A DNA stretch of 64,000 nucleotides, taken from assembly GCA_040389905.1 (NCBI GenBank), contig JAZJZK010000015.1, positions 94,218-158,217 on the forward strand, written 5' to 3'. The translations under genes were made by a program, and so were the position numbers. The stretch is from Gemmatimonadota bacterium (lineage in GTDB: Bacteria > Gemmatimonadota > Gemmatimonadetes > Gemmatimonadales > Gemmatimonadaceae). Positions 8,736-19,900 of the stretch are shown in pieces. The notes under the pieces were generated by a model. It worked only from the letters and a program-made list of their open reading frames with translations, made no database searches and was not told the origin of the DNA. The stretch's first letter is position 1, and every line of letters starts with the position of its first letter.

Positions 8736-11026
8736 AGGGTGGGTACGGGGTGGCGTGGCGACGTGTCGCGCTGACCACCCTTCTGCTGGCCGCTTCCTCC
8801 GCCACCGCACTCGGCCAAAGCACGGAATGCGACGCCGGTGAACGCGAGGTGCGATCGCTGGAGTTTCGGGGGAACTCGGTGTTTCGCTCGAGCGACCTGG
8901 CGCTCCGTATTGTCACGTCGCCGTCGGAATTCCTCCGCCGCAGCATTCGGATCGTCGGCGCGAAACATTGTCTCGACAGCGACGAGCTCCGGCTCGATGT
9001 CGCGCGCCTGCGCGTATTCTATCGACGGCACGGATACTTCTCCACGAGGGTCGACACCGCGGTCACGCCACTCGTCGACGGCTACGGCGGTGTGCGCGTC
9101 GCGTTCCTGATCGCCGAAGGCGAGCCCATGCTCGTCGATACGTTGCGCATCTCGGGGCTCGACAGCACGGTCGCACCGATCGCCGACACGGCGAGCCTTG
9201 GCCTCAAGCGCGGGATGATCTTCGACGCCGCGCGCATTCAGACCGCGATTGATTCGATCAAGACGCGGCTGCGGGACAACGGCTACCCGCGTGGCGATGT
9301 GGCCGCGAGCTATCGCGTCGATACGTTGACGCGTCGAGCGACGGTCTACCTCGACGTGATTCGCGGACTGCGCGCGCGCGTCGGCGCGATTCGAATTCAC
9401 GCCGACCCGATTCCGGGCGAGGCGCGCCGGATGAGCGACGAAACCATTCGCTCGTTGATCGATCTTCGGGAAGGCGAGCTGTATCGCGAGCGGCGTCTGA
9501 TCGACACGCAGCGGTCGCTGTATCAGGCGGACCTGTTCCGGCACGTGGAGGTTGGACTTGCACCCGACAGCCTCTCGCGCGACTCGATCGTGGCGGTGCA
9601 GGTCGTCGTGACGGAGAACTATCTGCGGCATTTCGACACGGAGGAAGGCTGGGCCGTCCTCGACTGTTTCAAGGGGCGGGTCCAGTACATCGACAAGAAC
9701 TTTCTCGGCAACGCGCGCCGGCTCGACGTCTCCGCGCAGGTCTCGAAGATCGGTTATGGCCAGCCGACACGATTTGCCGCAGGGGGCTTGTGTGCACCAG
9801 CGATCCGGCGGGACACGTTCAGTGCGAAGCTGAACTATTTCGCCGGCGCGACACTGCGGCTCCAATCGCTCTTCGGCGTACGGGCGTCCCCGACGTTCTC
9901 CCTGTACAGCGAGCGGCGGGGCGAATACCAGGCGTTCCTTCGTACGACGCTGGTCGGGGGAGAGGCATCGGTACTTCGTGACCTCCTCGAGCGCGTTCCG
10001 CTCAGGCTCGGGTACTCACTCGAGTATGGCCGGACGGAAGCGCAGCCAGCGCTGATGTGTGCGATCTTCAACCGTTGTGATTCGGAGTCGCGGGCGCAAA
10101 TCACCGATCGCGACCGGCCGCTGGCTGTCGCGAGCGCACACCTGGAGCGGCTCCGTGCGGACAACCCGGTCAACCCGCGGTCGGGCACGGCGCTTCGGCT
10201 CGACTTGCGCGGGGCATCGAAGGCCATTGGCTCGGATCCGGACGTTCCCTTCGTGAAGGGACTGCTCGACGCCGCGGTCTATCAGGCGGCGGGACCGATC
10301 GTCACGTTTTCTGCGCGCCTCCGTCTGGGCACAGTGCTCGGTCGAACGCTCTCGTTGAGCGATACGGTCGGCTTCATCCCTCCGCAGGAGCGACTCTATG
10401 CGGGTGGTGCCGGAAGTGTGCGCGGCTATCAACAGAACGAGGTCGGCGACCTCATCTACATTGCGGAAGAGAACTATCGAACGCGGCAGGGAACGGGAGA
10501 CACCGCGTACTACGATGTGGAGCAGTCGTCGGGGGTGCGTCGCGTCGTTCCGGTGGGCGGCAATTCACTGATCGTGCTGAACATGGAGGCGCGCATCAGA
10601 AGCCCGTTTTACCCTGAGCTCATCCAGTACACCGTCTTCGCCGATGCGGGGGACGTGTGGCAGCGCGGCCGCACCGTCGGCGTGGTCGATCACAAGGCGT
10701 CGGCACTCTGGCTCAACGGCCTCAAATGGACGCCGGGCGTCGGGGTTCGCGTGTCGACGCCTGTGGGGCCCTTTCAAGCAAACGTGGGGTACAATCCGTT
10801 CATTCGTCCCGCCGGTCCGATCTACTTCGATCAGGCGCCGACCGCGCTGGGCTTTGCGCCGCTGTACTGCGTCAGCCCGGGGAATCTGATTCCGGTTGTG
10901 CCAGGCCGGTTCGGTCCGGAGCAGCCGACTGGCAGCAGTTGTCCGGGGACGTTCACGCCGTCACGCCAGGCGGGGACGTTTCTCAGCCATTTGACGTTTA
11001 CGTTTTCGATCGGGCCTGATTTCTAA
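8732..11026 (+). CDS. tamA: Omp85-family outer membrane protein (TamA/BamA-like; POTRA domains plus barrel)
   Basis: POTRA motifs (FRGN, FYRRHGYF, LRDNGY), YAGGAGSVRGY loop, TPVGPF, C-terminal FTFSIGPDF; next to a tamB-like gene. Confidence 0.85.
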   Translation: MKGGYGVAWRRVALTTLLLAASSATALGQSTECDAGEREVRSLEFRGNSVFRSSDLALRIVTSPSEFLRRSIRIVGAKHCLDSDELRLDVARLRVFYRRHGYFSTRVDTAVTPLVDGYGGVRVAFLIAEGEPMLVDTLRISGLDSTVAPIADTASLGLKRGMIFDAARIQTAIDSIKTRLRDNGYPRGDVAASYRVDTLTRRATVYLDVIRGLRARVGAIRIHADPIPGEARRMSDETIRSLIDLREGELYRERRLIDTQRSLYQADLFRHVEVGLAPDSLSRDSIVAVQVVVTENYLRHFDTEEGWAVLDCFKGRVQYIDKNFLGNARRLDVSAQVSKIGYGQPTRFAAGGLCAPAIRRDTFSAKLNYFAGATLRLQSLFGVRASPTFSLYSERRGEYQAFLRTTLVGGEASVLRDLLERVPLRLGYSLEYGRTEAQPALMCAIFNRCDSESRAQITDRDRPLAVASAHLERLRADNPVNPRSGTALRLDLRGASKAIGSDPDVPFVKGLLDAAVYQAAGPIVTFSARLRLGTVLGRTLSLSDTVGFIPPQERLYAGGAGSVRGYQQNEVGDLIYIAEENYRTRQGTGDTAYYDVEQSSGVRRVVPVGGNSLIVLNMEARIRSPFYPELIQYTVFADAGDVWQRGRTVGVVDHKASALWLNGLKWTPGVGVRVSTPVGPFQANVGYNPFIRPAGPIYFDQAPTALGFAPLYCVSPGNLIPVVPGRFGPEQPTGSSCPGTFTPSRQAGTFLSHLTFTFSIGPDF

Positions 11027-11054
11027 GTAGTGTAAGTGGGTTAGAAAAGCCTTC

Positions 11055-11354
11055 ACCACAGAGGACACAGAGGTCACGGAGGACGACGGAAGAGCCTTCT
11101 CGCAGAGGTCGCAGAGAACTGCAACAGCCGCAGAGGTCGCAGAGGACTGCGGGGAACTACTGAACAAGGCACGTTCATTTTACAAGTGCTTTTGCAGTCT
11201 TCTGCGTCCTCTGTGTGACCTCTGCGACCTCTGCATTCAATCAGTTGTTGTTGACCTGTCTGAACGAGACGGATGCCGAACGCGCGATCGCAACGCTGTA
11301 TCTGAGTAGTCCTCCGTGTCCTCTGTGTCCTCTGTGGTAAATCAGTTGTTGTTG
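11055..11354. repeat. Nested inverted repeats built from 9-nt-period CAGAGGAC units
   Basis: Outer IR 11055-11084 / 11309-11338 matches 29/30. Inner GCAGAGGTCGCAGAG arms at 11102-11150 and 11194-11234. Both right arms are followed by AATCAGTTGTTGTTG. Confidence 0.9.
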
Positions 11355-11389
11355 CTGTTGATCGCCACCCGATTCGCACCTGCTACTCA

Positions 11390-14300
11390 ATGACCCGTCG
11401 CAATTTCATCGCCTTCATCAGTCTCTGCGTGCTCGTCACGCTGGGGCTGATCGTCGTCGGTGTCGGGTACTTCGCGACGCAGTCCGAGTTCGGCCAGAAT
11501 GCCTTGCGCAGCTATGCAGAGAGCCGCGTCGCCTCATCGATCAGCGGGAAAGTGCACCTCGGCCGCATCCACGGAAACTTCCTCACGGGGCTCACCCTCG
11601 ATTCACTGGAGCTTCGCGACGACGAAGATTCGTTGGTCATCGCGAGCGGGCGCATCACCGTGCGCTACGACCCGCGTGACCTCGCCGACCGGCGTCTCTA
11701 CTTCCGCAGCGTTACGCTCGAGCATCCAGCGGTCGTGCTCCGCCAGCACGAGAACTGGAAGTGGAACTACCGCAAGCTGTTTCGCACCGGCGGGCCGCCG
11801 AAGCGAATCAAGACGCCGGAACGAGGGTTCGCAGACTTCGTCCAGCTGGACTCCGTCCATATTCGACGCGGGGCGAGCCTGCGTTTGACGATCCCATGGC
11901 ATCCGGACGATTCGCTGCGCGGCGTCAAGCGCGATAGCGCAATTCGGACAAACATTGCGCGTCAGGATCACGAGGTGCGCCGGACGCGCGAAGGCTTCAC
12001 GCAGACCTATCGCTGGACGAACGCGTATGCGTTCCTTCCGTACGTGCGCGTGGCGGACCCTGACAGTTCCGGCCAGGCGTTCGTCATCGACACGCTGCAT
12101 GTGGATGAATCCACCCCGCCCTTCAAGTGGCACAATGTGAAGGGTGTGGTGCACGTGCTCGGCGACACCGCTCGGCTCAAGGTCAGTCACCTCGAACTGG
12201 CCGCGTCGACGGGGGCGGGCGAGGGAAAGGTCGTGTGGGGAAGCGACCTGCCCGTGCGCTACGACATTCGCATCCGCGGCGACAGCGTCTCGCTCGCGGA
12301 CATCGCATGGGTGTATCCCACGTTGCCGACGACTGGTGTCGGCAAAATGGTGCTCAACATCAGGAACGAGCGTAACCTGAACCTGCTCGATTACGCGATC
12401 ACGAACATGGACGTGTCTTCCACGAAGTCACGTCTTCGTGGCAACATGACGTTCGAAATCGGCGGGCCGGTGCTCAACGTGCATGACGTCAAGCTCGTGG
12501 CCGATCCGGTCGACTTCGACCTGCTGCGTACGCTCAATGGCAAGCCATTCCCAGCCGATTGGCAGGGCAAGATCACGGGAACGGTGACCGCGCGCGGTGG
12601 GCCCGTCACGCACTTCTGGGTCGACGACTCGCGGTTGACGTTCCGCGACGCGCATGTGCCGGGCGCCGAATCACGAGTGCAAGGGCGAGGCGAGCTCGAT
12701 ATCCTCTTCCCGGCGTTCACGGCGTTCCACGGTTTTCATGCGAGCACCGACCGGCTCGACATCCGCACGCTGGCCGCGATCTACCCGGCCTTCCCGCGCA
12801 TGAAGGGAATCGTCACCGGGAGTGCGGTGCTCGATTCATCGTGGCTCGACGTCCGCGTATCGAACGCGAACCTCACCCACACCGATGGACCCGCCGAGCC
12901 AAACCATGCGACTGGCGGCGGACGCATCACGTACGGTGTGCAGTTCATGACCTACGACATGACGTTGCAGGCCTCTCCGCTGTCGCTGTCAACGGTCGCG
13001 CAGTCGTATCCGAAGCTGCCGTTGCGCGGTGTGTTCAGCGGGCCGGTACGCGTTCGTGGCATCGCACCCACGCTCGACGTGGTCGGCGACCTGACGGGTC
13101 CCTCGGGTCATCTGACCTACGCGGGCAAGGTGGACGCCGACTCCATTGGTGGGTACGGCGCGACCGGTGCCGGCAGCTTCGACAACTTGAACGCCGCCGG
13201 GCTCTTTGGGCGTACGACTCCAGCATCGAAACTCGGGGGAACGTTCGAAGTCGACATGCTGGGCGATTCCTTGTCCAACCTTGCCGGTCCTCTCGCCGTG
13301 CGACTCGATGGTTCGGACATGGATGGCATTCCGATCTCGAGCGGCGACGCGCGCATGCGGTTCGAGCGGGGCGTGCTGGTGGTCGACACGGCGCGCATCA
13401 GTTCGACGGCAGGCGTACTGCGCGCGCGCGGGACGCTCGGGCTCACGCGCGCGCCTCGCGATTCCCTGCAGATCGACGTTGACATCGATTCGCTGGGCGG
13501 ACTGCGACGCTATCTTGGCCGCGTCAGCAGGCCGGGCACCAAGCCACTCGGGAGCGATTCGCTGAGCGGAGCCGTGGTCGCCAGCGCCACCCTGCGCGGT
13601 TGGCTGGATTCGCTTGGCATTCGCGCCTCGCTCGCGGGGCAGGATGTTCATTTTCGCGGCGATCGGGCAGAGAGTGTCACCGGACAGTTGGCCCTGACGG
13701 ATGTGGGCGGTCGCCGCTCGGGTGTGTTGACGCTTCGCGCCGACTCGGCGCTGTTTGGCGGAATTCGCCTCGACACGGCTGGCGTCCGCGCGGATATCCT
13801 CGACGCAACGCATGCCCGCTTCGCCGGTGGCGCGCAGGCGGAGAGCGGCGCACGCTTGCGCACTGCTGGCGATTGGCGAGGGGTTGGTGATACCACCGCG
13901 CTCCGGCTCGATACACTCGACCTCGCGCTGGCCTCGTCGCATTGGGCGCTGCGGCGACCGTCGCTGTTCACATCGTCGCCTGCCCGCATGACACTCGACA
14001 CACTGCTCTTCGCCGACGCGGCCGGCGCGACGGTGAGCGGTTTCATCAACGCTCCGACCGCCGCACCAGCGAGCGCGCGCTTTCAGGCGGACTCCATCCC
14101 CTTGAGCGACCTGGGTAACCTCGCACAGCTTCCCAGTGCGATCGCCGGGCGCATGTCCATCGACCTCACCGCTGCGGGGACGCGCGACATCCCGACCATG
14201 ACGCTCACCGCGAACGCGCGCGACGTGACCTACTCCGGCCTCAAAGCGGAGCTGGTGAAAGTGGACGGCGGATACGACGCCCTTCGGGCCTCGATGCAGG

Positions 14301-15991
14301 CGAACGTGTTTCGCGGTGGCAACAGCGTCCTCGATGCGACGGTCAGCTATCCCATCGCCCTGACGCTCTTTTCCGCCGGATCCACTGGCGACTCCCTGCG
14401 CGGCCGAATTCACGCTGACAGCATGGACCTCGCGCTGATCGAAGCGTTCTCGCCGAAGCTGCGCAACACGAAGGGACGCATTGCGCTGGACATCGCACTC
14501 AGCGGCGAGCCCAGTCATCCGCACTTCGGTGGACAGGCAGCACTCACCGACGGAAGCCTGGAGGTGCCTGACGTCGGCCTGCGACTCGGAATGATCGATG
14601 GCGCGATCAAGGTCAACGCGGCAACCGACTCGCTGTCGGTCGAGCGGCTTCGCTGGACGAGTCCCGTCAACGGCGGCTCGGCGTCGCTTCAGGGTTCGGT
14701 CGTGTATCGTGAATTCTCGAAGCCGACACTCGACCTTCGTCTCGACTCGCACGGATTGCGCGCTGTGGACAAGCGCGGCCTCGCGCGCCTGGACGTTTCG
14801 ACAGGGGCGGCTGGGCTCACGCTGAAGGGGACGCCAGAGGCGGCCACCCTGTCAGGTGAGGTCGACGTCGACCGCGGCACCATCTACATCCCGGAACTGA
14901 TTCGCAAGCAGGTCGTCGACCTCACACCGGAGGACTTCGCGCTCCTCTTCGATACGACCGACGTAAGAAACCGTTCGCTGATGCCGCAACCGCCGAGTGC
15001 ATTGGTGGAGCACCTGAGCCTCGTGGGCGTGTCGGTTCGCATCGGTGACGAGGTCTGGCTGCGCTCGCGCGAAGCAAGCATCAAACTCGGCGGCTCACTC
15101 AACGTCACGCGCGTGCGAGACGCACGCGAGACGACGAGATCGTCGCTCGCCCAACGGACGCGCGGTGATTCAGCGCGGTACAAGCTCGCGCTGAGCGGGA
15201 CGCTGAGTGCCGACCGCGGCACGTACACGCTCGACCTCACCGCGGTCCAGCGCGAGTTTCAGGTGCAGACGGGACGCATCACGTTCTTCGGAACGCCGGA
15301 CTTCAATCCCGAGATCGACGTCAGCGCGCTCTATCAATTGAAGCAGGCGAACCGCGCGGACATTGGAATCAAGGCGCGCATTCACGGCAACTTCTATCCG
15401 CAGCCGTCGCTCGAACTCTCGAGCAGCGACGCGTATCTCTCGCCGTCGGACCTCGTCAGCTATCTGGTCACCGGGCGGCCGAGCTTCGAATTGAGTGGGC
15501 AGGACGTCGCCGCTTCGCAACGGGCATTTGAATTCGTCCTTCCATCGCTCGGCGCGTCAGTGAGCAGGGCACTGCGCGAGCAACTCGGTGGGGTCGTCGA
15601 TCTCATTCAAATCCAGTCCGGCGCGGTGAACGATCCACTCGCCAACTCCAGCTCGAGCACGCAGTTCAAGAGCATCCTCTACAGCACGCGGCTTGGTGGC
15701 GAGCGCCAGATCAAGGACAAGCTGTTCCTCAGCTTCAGCGCGGGCCTCTGCCAACTCGGTGGAACGGCGGCCACCGATGATCCCTCACAGCAAGGCTTCA
15801 CCGGATTTGCGAATGCGATCGAGGGAAAGCTGGAGTATCGGTTCCCGTTGCTGGCGCCGGATCGCTTTGCGTTGCGTGCGGGACGCGAACCCGCTGCCAG
15901 TGCACTCCGCTGTGGGTTCGACCACGTGCGCGGATTCGTGGCCACCCCGCAGCAGTGGGGTTTTTCACTCTTTCGCTCGTGGTCGTTCTGA
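11390..15991 (+). CDS. tamB: Translocation/assembly module TamB (DUF490-like)
   Basis: 1533 aa, N-terminal TM anchor, beta-strand-rich body, C-terminal GTY...F....G.ITFFG.PDFNP.ID and LVSYLVTG motifs. Confidence 0.85.
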   Translation: MTRRNFIAFISLCVLVTLGLIVVGVGYFATQSEFGQNALRSYAESRVASSISGKVHLGRIHGNFLTGLTLDSLELRDDEDSLVIASGRITVRYDPRDLADRRLYFRSVTLEHPAVVLRQHENWKWNYRKLFRTGGPPKRIKTPERGFADFVQLDSVHIRRGASLRLTIPWHPDDSLRGVKRDSAIRTNIARQDHEVRRTREGFTQTYRWTNAYAFLPYVRVADPDSSGQAFVIDTLHVDESTPPFKWHNVKGVVHVLGDTARLKVSHLELAASTGAGEGKVVWGSDLPVRYDIRIRGDSVSLADIAWVYPTLPTTGVGKMVLNIRNERNLNLLDYAITNMDVSSTKSRLRGNMTFEIGGPVLNVHDVKLVADPVDFDLLRTLNGKPFPADWQGKITGTVTARGGPVTHFWVDDSRLTFRDAHVPGAESRVQGRGELDILFPAFTAFHGFHASTDRLDIRTLAAIYPAFPRMKGIVTGSAVLDSSWLDVRVSNANLTHTDGPAEPNHATGGGRITYGVQFMTYDMTLQASPLSLSTVAQSYPKLPLRGVFSGPVRVRGIAPTLDVVGDLTGPSGHLTYAGKVDADSIGGYGATGAGSFDNLNAAGLFGRTTPASKLGGTFEVDMLGDSLSNLAGPLAVRLDGSDMDGIPISSGDARMRFERGVLVVDTARISSTAGVLRARGTLGLTRAPRDSLQIDVDIDSLGGLRRYLGRVSRPGTKPLGSDSLSGAVVASATLRGWLDSLGIRASLAGQDVHFRGDRAESVTGQLALTDVGGRRSGVLTLRADSALFGGIRLDTAGVRADILDATHARFAGGAQAESGARLRTAGDWRGVGDTTALRLDTLDLALASSHWALRRPSLFTSSPARMTLDTLLFADAAGATVSGFINAPTAAPASARFQADSIPLSDLGNLAQLPSAIAGRMSIDLTAAGTRDIPTMTLTANARDVTYSGLKAELVKVDGGYDALRASMQANVFRGGNSVLDATVSYPIALTLFSAGSTGDSLRGRIHADSMDLALIEAFSPKLRNTKGRIALDIALSGEPSHPHFGGQAALTDGSLEVPDVGLRLGMIDGAIKVNAATDSLSVERLRWTSPVNGGSASLQGSVVYREFSKPTLDLRLDSHGLRAVDKRGLARLDVSTGAAGLTLKGTPEAATLSGEVDVDRGTIYIPELIRKQVVDLTPEDFALLFDTTDVRNRSLMPQPPSALVEHLSLVGVSVRIGDEVWLRSREASIKLGGSLNVTRVRDARETTRSSLAQRTRGDSARYKLALSGTLSADRGTYTLDLTAVQREFQVQTGRITFFGTPDFNPEIDVSALYQLKQANRADIGIKARIHGNFYPQPSLELSSSDAYLSPSDLVSYLVTGRPSFELSGQDVAASQRAFEFVLPSLGASVSRALREQLGGVVDLIQIQSGAVNDPLANSSSSTQFKSILYSTRLGGERQIKDKLFLSFSAGLCQLGGTAATDDPSQQGFTGFANAIEGKLEYRFPLLAPDRFALRAGREPAASALRCGFDHVRGFVATPQQWGFSLFRSWSF

Positions 15992-16875
15992 GGCGCGCGC
16001 TCCTCATCGCCAACCCGGCTTCGCGCCGCGGCAAGCGGTACGTCGGTGACGCTCGTCGCGCGATCGAGGCCGAGGGTGCGACGTGTGAGCTCATGCTGAC
16101 CGAGCGAGCGGGCCATGCGCGCGAGCTGGCCGTTGCGCACGGTCGCGACTACGACATCGTCTTTACGCTCGGCGGTGATGGAACCGCGATGGAAGTGGCC
16201 GGGGCGCTCGCGTGGTCGGGCGTCGCGATTGGCGTCTTGCCGGGAGGTACGGGGAATCTTCTGGCACGGGCACTGGGAATCCCTCGCCAGGTCTCGCGCG
16301 CGGTGCCGGCGCTGATGCGCGGATCTGCACGACGAATCGACCTTGGCGTCGTGCTCGGCCATCGGTTTGCGGTTGCCGCAGGGGTGGGGCTCGACGCGCA
16401 GATGGTGGCGGAAACACCTGCGTGGATGAAGCGACGCCTGGGCGTGCTGGCGTACACGCTCATGGCGACGCGCGCGGCATTGCGTGCCGTGGTGTTCAAG
16501 CGATTCTTCCTCGCCCGCATCGAGGTGGATGGCGAAGTCGTCGAGCGGCAGGCGGCCGCGGTGCTGTTTGCGAACTTCGGCGCCATCCTCGAGGACCGTA
16601 TCTCATTCGGACCGGGGATCGTGACGGACGACGGCTTGCTCGACTGCTGCATCTTTTCGCCCTCCAACCTCTTCGACGCCTTCCGGATCATGTGGCGAGT
16701 GACGCGGCGGGACTTCCGGCCCGATCAGTCGTTACTATATAGAAAGGGCGCACGATTCCAGTTGAGTACCGTGCCCGTCCTTCCGCTCCAGGCAGATGGT
16801 GAGCTACTCGGTATGACTCCCGCCGAGATCACGGTGGAACCGCTGGCCGCGCATCTGCTCATCCCCGGGCGCTGA
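15979..16875 (+). CDS. Diacylglycerol/lipid kinase family protein (YegS/BmrU-like)
   Basis: NPAS, GGDGT, PGGTGNLLARALG, GVGLDA, DDGLLD, QADGE; start codon uncertain. Confidence 0.9.
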   Translation: MVVLRRALLIANPASRRGKRYVGDARRAIEAEGATCELMLTERAGHARELAVAHGRDYDIVFTLGGDGTAMEVAGALAWSGVAIGVLPGGTGNLLARALGIPRQVSRAVPALMRGSARRIDLGVVLGHRFAVAAGVGLDAQMVAETPAWMKRRLGVLAYTLMATRAALRAVVFKRFFLARIEVDGEVVERQAAAVLFANFGAILEDRISFGPGIVTDDGLLDCCIFSPSNLFDAFRIMWRVTRRDFRPDQSLLYRKGARFQLSTVPVLPLQADGELLGMTPAEITVEPLAAHLLIPGR

Positions 16876-16930
16876 CGCCCTGAACGCTCCGTCCTCTACC
16901 CGCGCCGAACATGAACGGCGACCCGATCTC

Positions 16931-19900
16931 GTGAGTACTCCGAGGGAGAGCAGCAGCTTTACCGCGGCGATGGCAGGTGGCCTGCCCATCGAAGCGGTAC
17001 GGCAGCTGCAACAGGAGCGCGATCATCTCCTGCTCCTGCATGAGGCGCTCGCCGAGGTCGAGCGCGCGACGACGCTCGAAGCGCGGTTGAGCGTCTTCGT
17101 CGAGGCGATTCGCCGGATTGGGTTTGGACGCGCCGTGATCACACTGCGCGATTCCGAGTTGAACGCGACGACCATCGTCACCGCGGGGCTGACGGACGCG
17201 GACGACCGCTCGCTCAGGGACGCGCCCACCGCCGGGGATGTCTGGCGCAAGCGACTGCCACTGCTCGATCGATTCCGGGTGAGCAACTCGTACTACATCG
17301 ACGGCCGCGATGCGTGGGTGACCGAGGAGTTCGTTCGAGGAATCGAGAGCGCGCTCGACGTCGGTGAGGACTCGAGTTGGTCACCACGTGACGTGCTGCT
17401 CGTACCGCTGCGCAATGGGTCGGGCACGCTCATGGCGACACTCGTCGTGGACGACCCGGCGGATCGCACGCGGCCGACGCTCACGCGCGTGCGAACGGTG
17501 GAATTGTTCGCGCAGCAGGTCGCGGCGATGCTCGAGCATGCGTCGCTCATCGACCTGGCCGATCGGCGCGCCCGCCGTCTGCAGCACCTCCACCAGGTGG
17601 GCTCGCTCCTCTCGCGCTCCCTGGATGAGCCGACGATCCTCGCGTCGCTGGCGAAGCAGGTCGAGGATATCCTGCCGATCGTGACCGTGGTCGTCTTTGC
17701 AACAGACACCACCGGCGCGCCCTGGCCCCGCGTGCTGCGCCAGCAGGGTCGCGAGCAAGACGAAATCTTCACGCCGTCGCACCTGCGCGTGTTGGCCGGT
17801 CTTGCTGGCCGGGGACAACGTGCCGCCAGGGACGACCGCGCCATCGCCGTTCCCGCAGTGTCTGGTCCAACGACCGTTGGAGTCATCGTGGTCGAGGCGC
17901 GCCGAGACGAGCAGATTCTCGCGGCGGACGCTGACCTCCTGATGACGATCGGAACGCTCGCGGGCGCCGCGATCAGCAACGCTCGGCAATTCGCGGAGAG
18001 CATGCGGCAGCGCCGCCAGACGGAAGCGCTCGCCGAGGTCGCACGTGCCGTGGGCGAGTCACTCCGGATCGATCGCGTGCTCCAACTCATTCTCCGCCAC
18101 TCGACGGCGCTGCTGCGGACCGACGGCGCGGCGATCTCGCTGATGCGCGGAGACGCGCTGGAAACGACGGCCGGCGTTGGCGTCGGCAAGGCGCTCGTCG
18201 GATCGCGCTTTCCCCTGCACGGCAGCATGGTCGGACGCGCCGTGCTCTCAGCGACGAGCATCATCCGCGAGGACGTGCAGGAAGATCCCGAGTCGTACCT
18301 CCAGAGCGTCGCGGCGTCCGAAATCAAGAACACCGTCATCGTGCCCATGCTTTCAGTGCAGGGCCCGATTGGAGCGCTCTCGGTTTTCAACCGCCTCGCC
18401 CCCTTCTCCGACGAAGACGCGGAGATCCTCCAGCGCCTCGCCGATCAGGTCGCCGTCGCCGTGGTGAACGCGCGGCTGTTCGAGGAAGTGGCCGAAGCGA
18501 CGCGCGAGTGGGCGGTGGCGTTCGACTCGATCGGCAGCGGGATGGTGCTGCTGGACAAGCGAGGAAGAATTCAGCGCACCAACGCCCGTGCGCGCGGTCT
18601 CATGGGCGGAATGATCGACGAGGAGATACTCGGCCGCGAATTCCACGATGCCTTGTTCGGCGACTTGGAACCGTGCGACCAGTGCGTGCACTTCAAGGCG
18701 ATTGCATCAGGCACGGTGAAGCGCGGAACGCACGACGACCGCGCACGCGGGCGCGTCTTCGAGATTACCGCCGCGCCGCACCCGCTGGGCGGTGCGGTGG
18801 TGACATTCGACGATGTGACGGAGCATCGCTCACTCGCCGAGCGCCATCGCCGCGTCGTCGAGACGTCGCGCGACGCGATCGTGATCACGGATCGCGACCG
18901 CCGCATCGCCTTCGCGAACCCGGCGGCACACGAGTTATTGGCGCGCGGCGACGAACTCATCGGCCTTCCGACGTCGCGTGCGGTGCCGGAAGAACAACGC
19001 GCCGATCTCCAGCGCTATGAGGATCGCGGTCTCGCGGGTGAGCCGCAGAGCTACGAAGGGATTGTCCTGCGGCCGGACGGCGACCGGCGGATTGTCGCCA
19101 TCAACACGGCGCCGTTGCGCGAGCTCGGCGAGGTCACGGGAATTGTCGCGTCCATGCGCGACGTCACCGATGAGCGTCGCGCGCGCGACGCCGTGTCGCA
19201 ATCGGAGGCACGCTATCGCAACCTGTTCGACTCGGCGAGCGACGCGATCTACACGCTCGATGTACACGGCGCGTTTACGTCAGCGAATCAAGCGACGTGC
19301 GAGCTGACGGGTCGTCTCCACGCCGATCTCCTCGGGAATCCCGTCATGCCGATCATCGAGCCGGAAGAGGCCACGATGGTCCACGAGCACTTTCGGGCGG
19401 CGCTCGGCGGGCGGGCCATCCGGTACGAGTGTCACCTGCTTCGTCCCGACGGGGAGCGCCGCGCCGTCTCGATCACCAACAGCCCCATTCGCCGCGCGGA
19501 CCAGATCATCGGCGTCCTTGGCGTCGCGCGCGATGTCACGGAGGCACGCGCGCGTGCGGCGGCGCTGGCCCGCTCCGAGGCGCGCTACACCCGTCTCGTG
19601 GAATCCGCATCCGATGCGATTTTCACCGTCGACATGGACGGCCGGTTCACCGCGGTGAATCGCGCGCTCGAGTTGGCCGTCGGTTCGGACCGGGCGCGAC
19701 TCGTCGGCAGTGCGTTCGTGGATCTCGTGGACGCGAGGGACCTGCCCGCCGCCGAACGTCTCCTTCGTGAAACGTATGCCGGCGAGCGGTCGCGCGGAGC
19801 GGTTCGCTTCCGCGACGCGAATGGTGACGTGCGACAGGGCTCCGTCATCACGTCGCCGGTTCTCGAGGCGGAGGGAATCGTCGGCGCCCTCGGCATTCTG

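Noticed and set aside
11055..11338. CAGAGG repeats as a CRISPR array, or ORF 11074-11379 as a gene
   Set aside because: The units have a 9-nt period and are inverted. The TQRT/AEDAE peptides are translations of the repeat.
12989..14752. 587-aa minus-strand ORF
   Set aside because: Antisense shadow of tamB, typical of high-GC coding DNA; no motifs.
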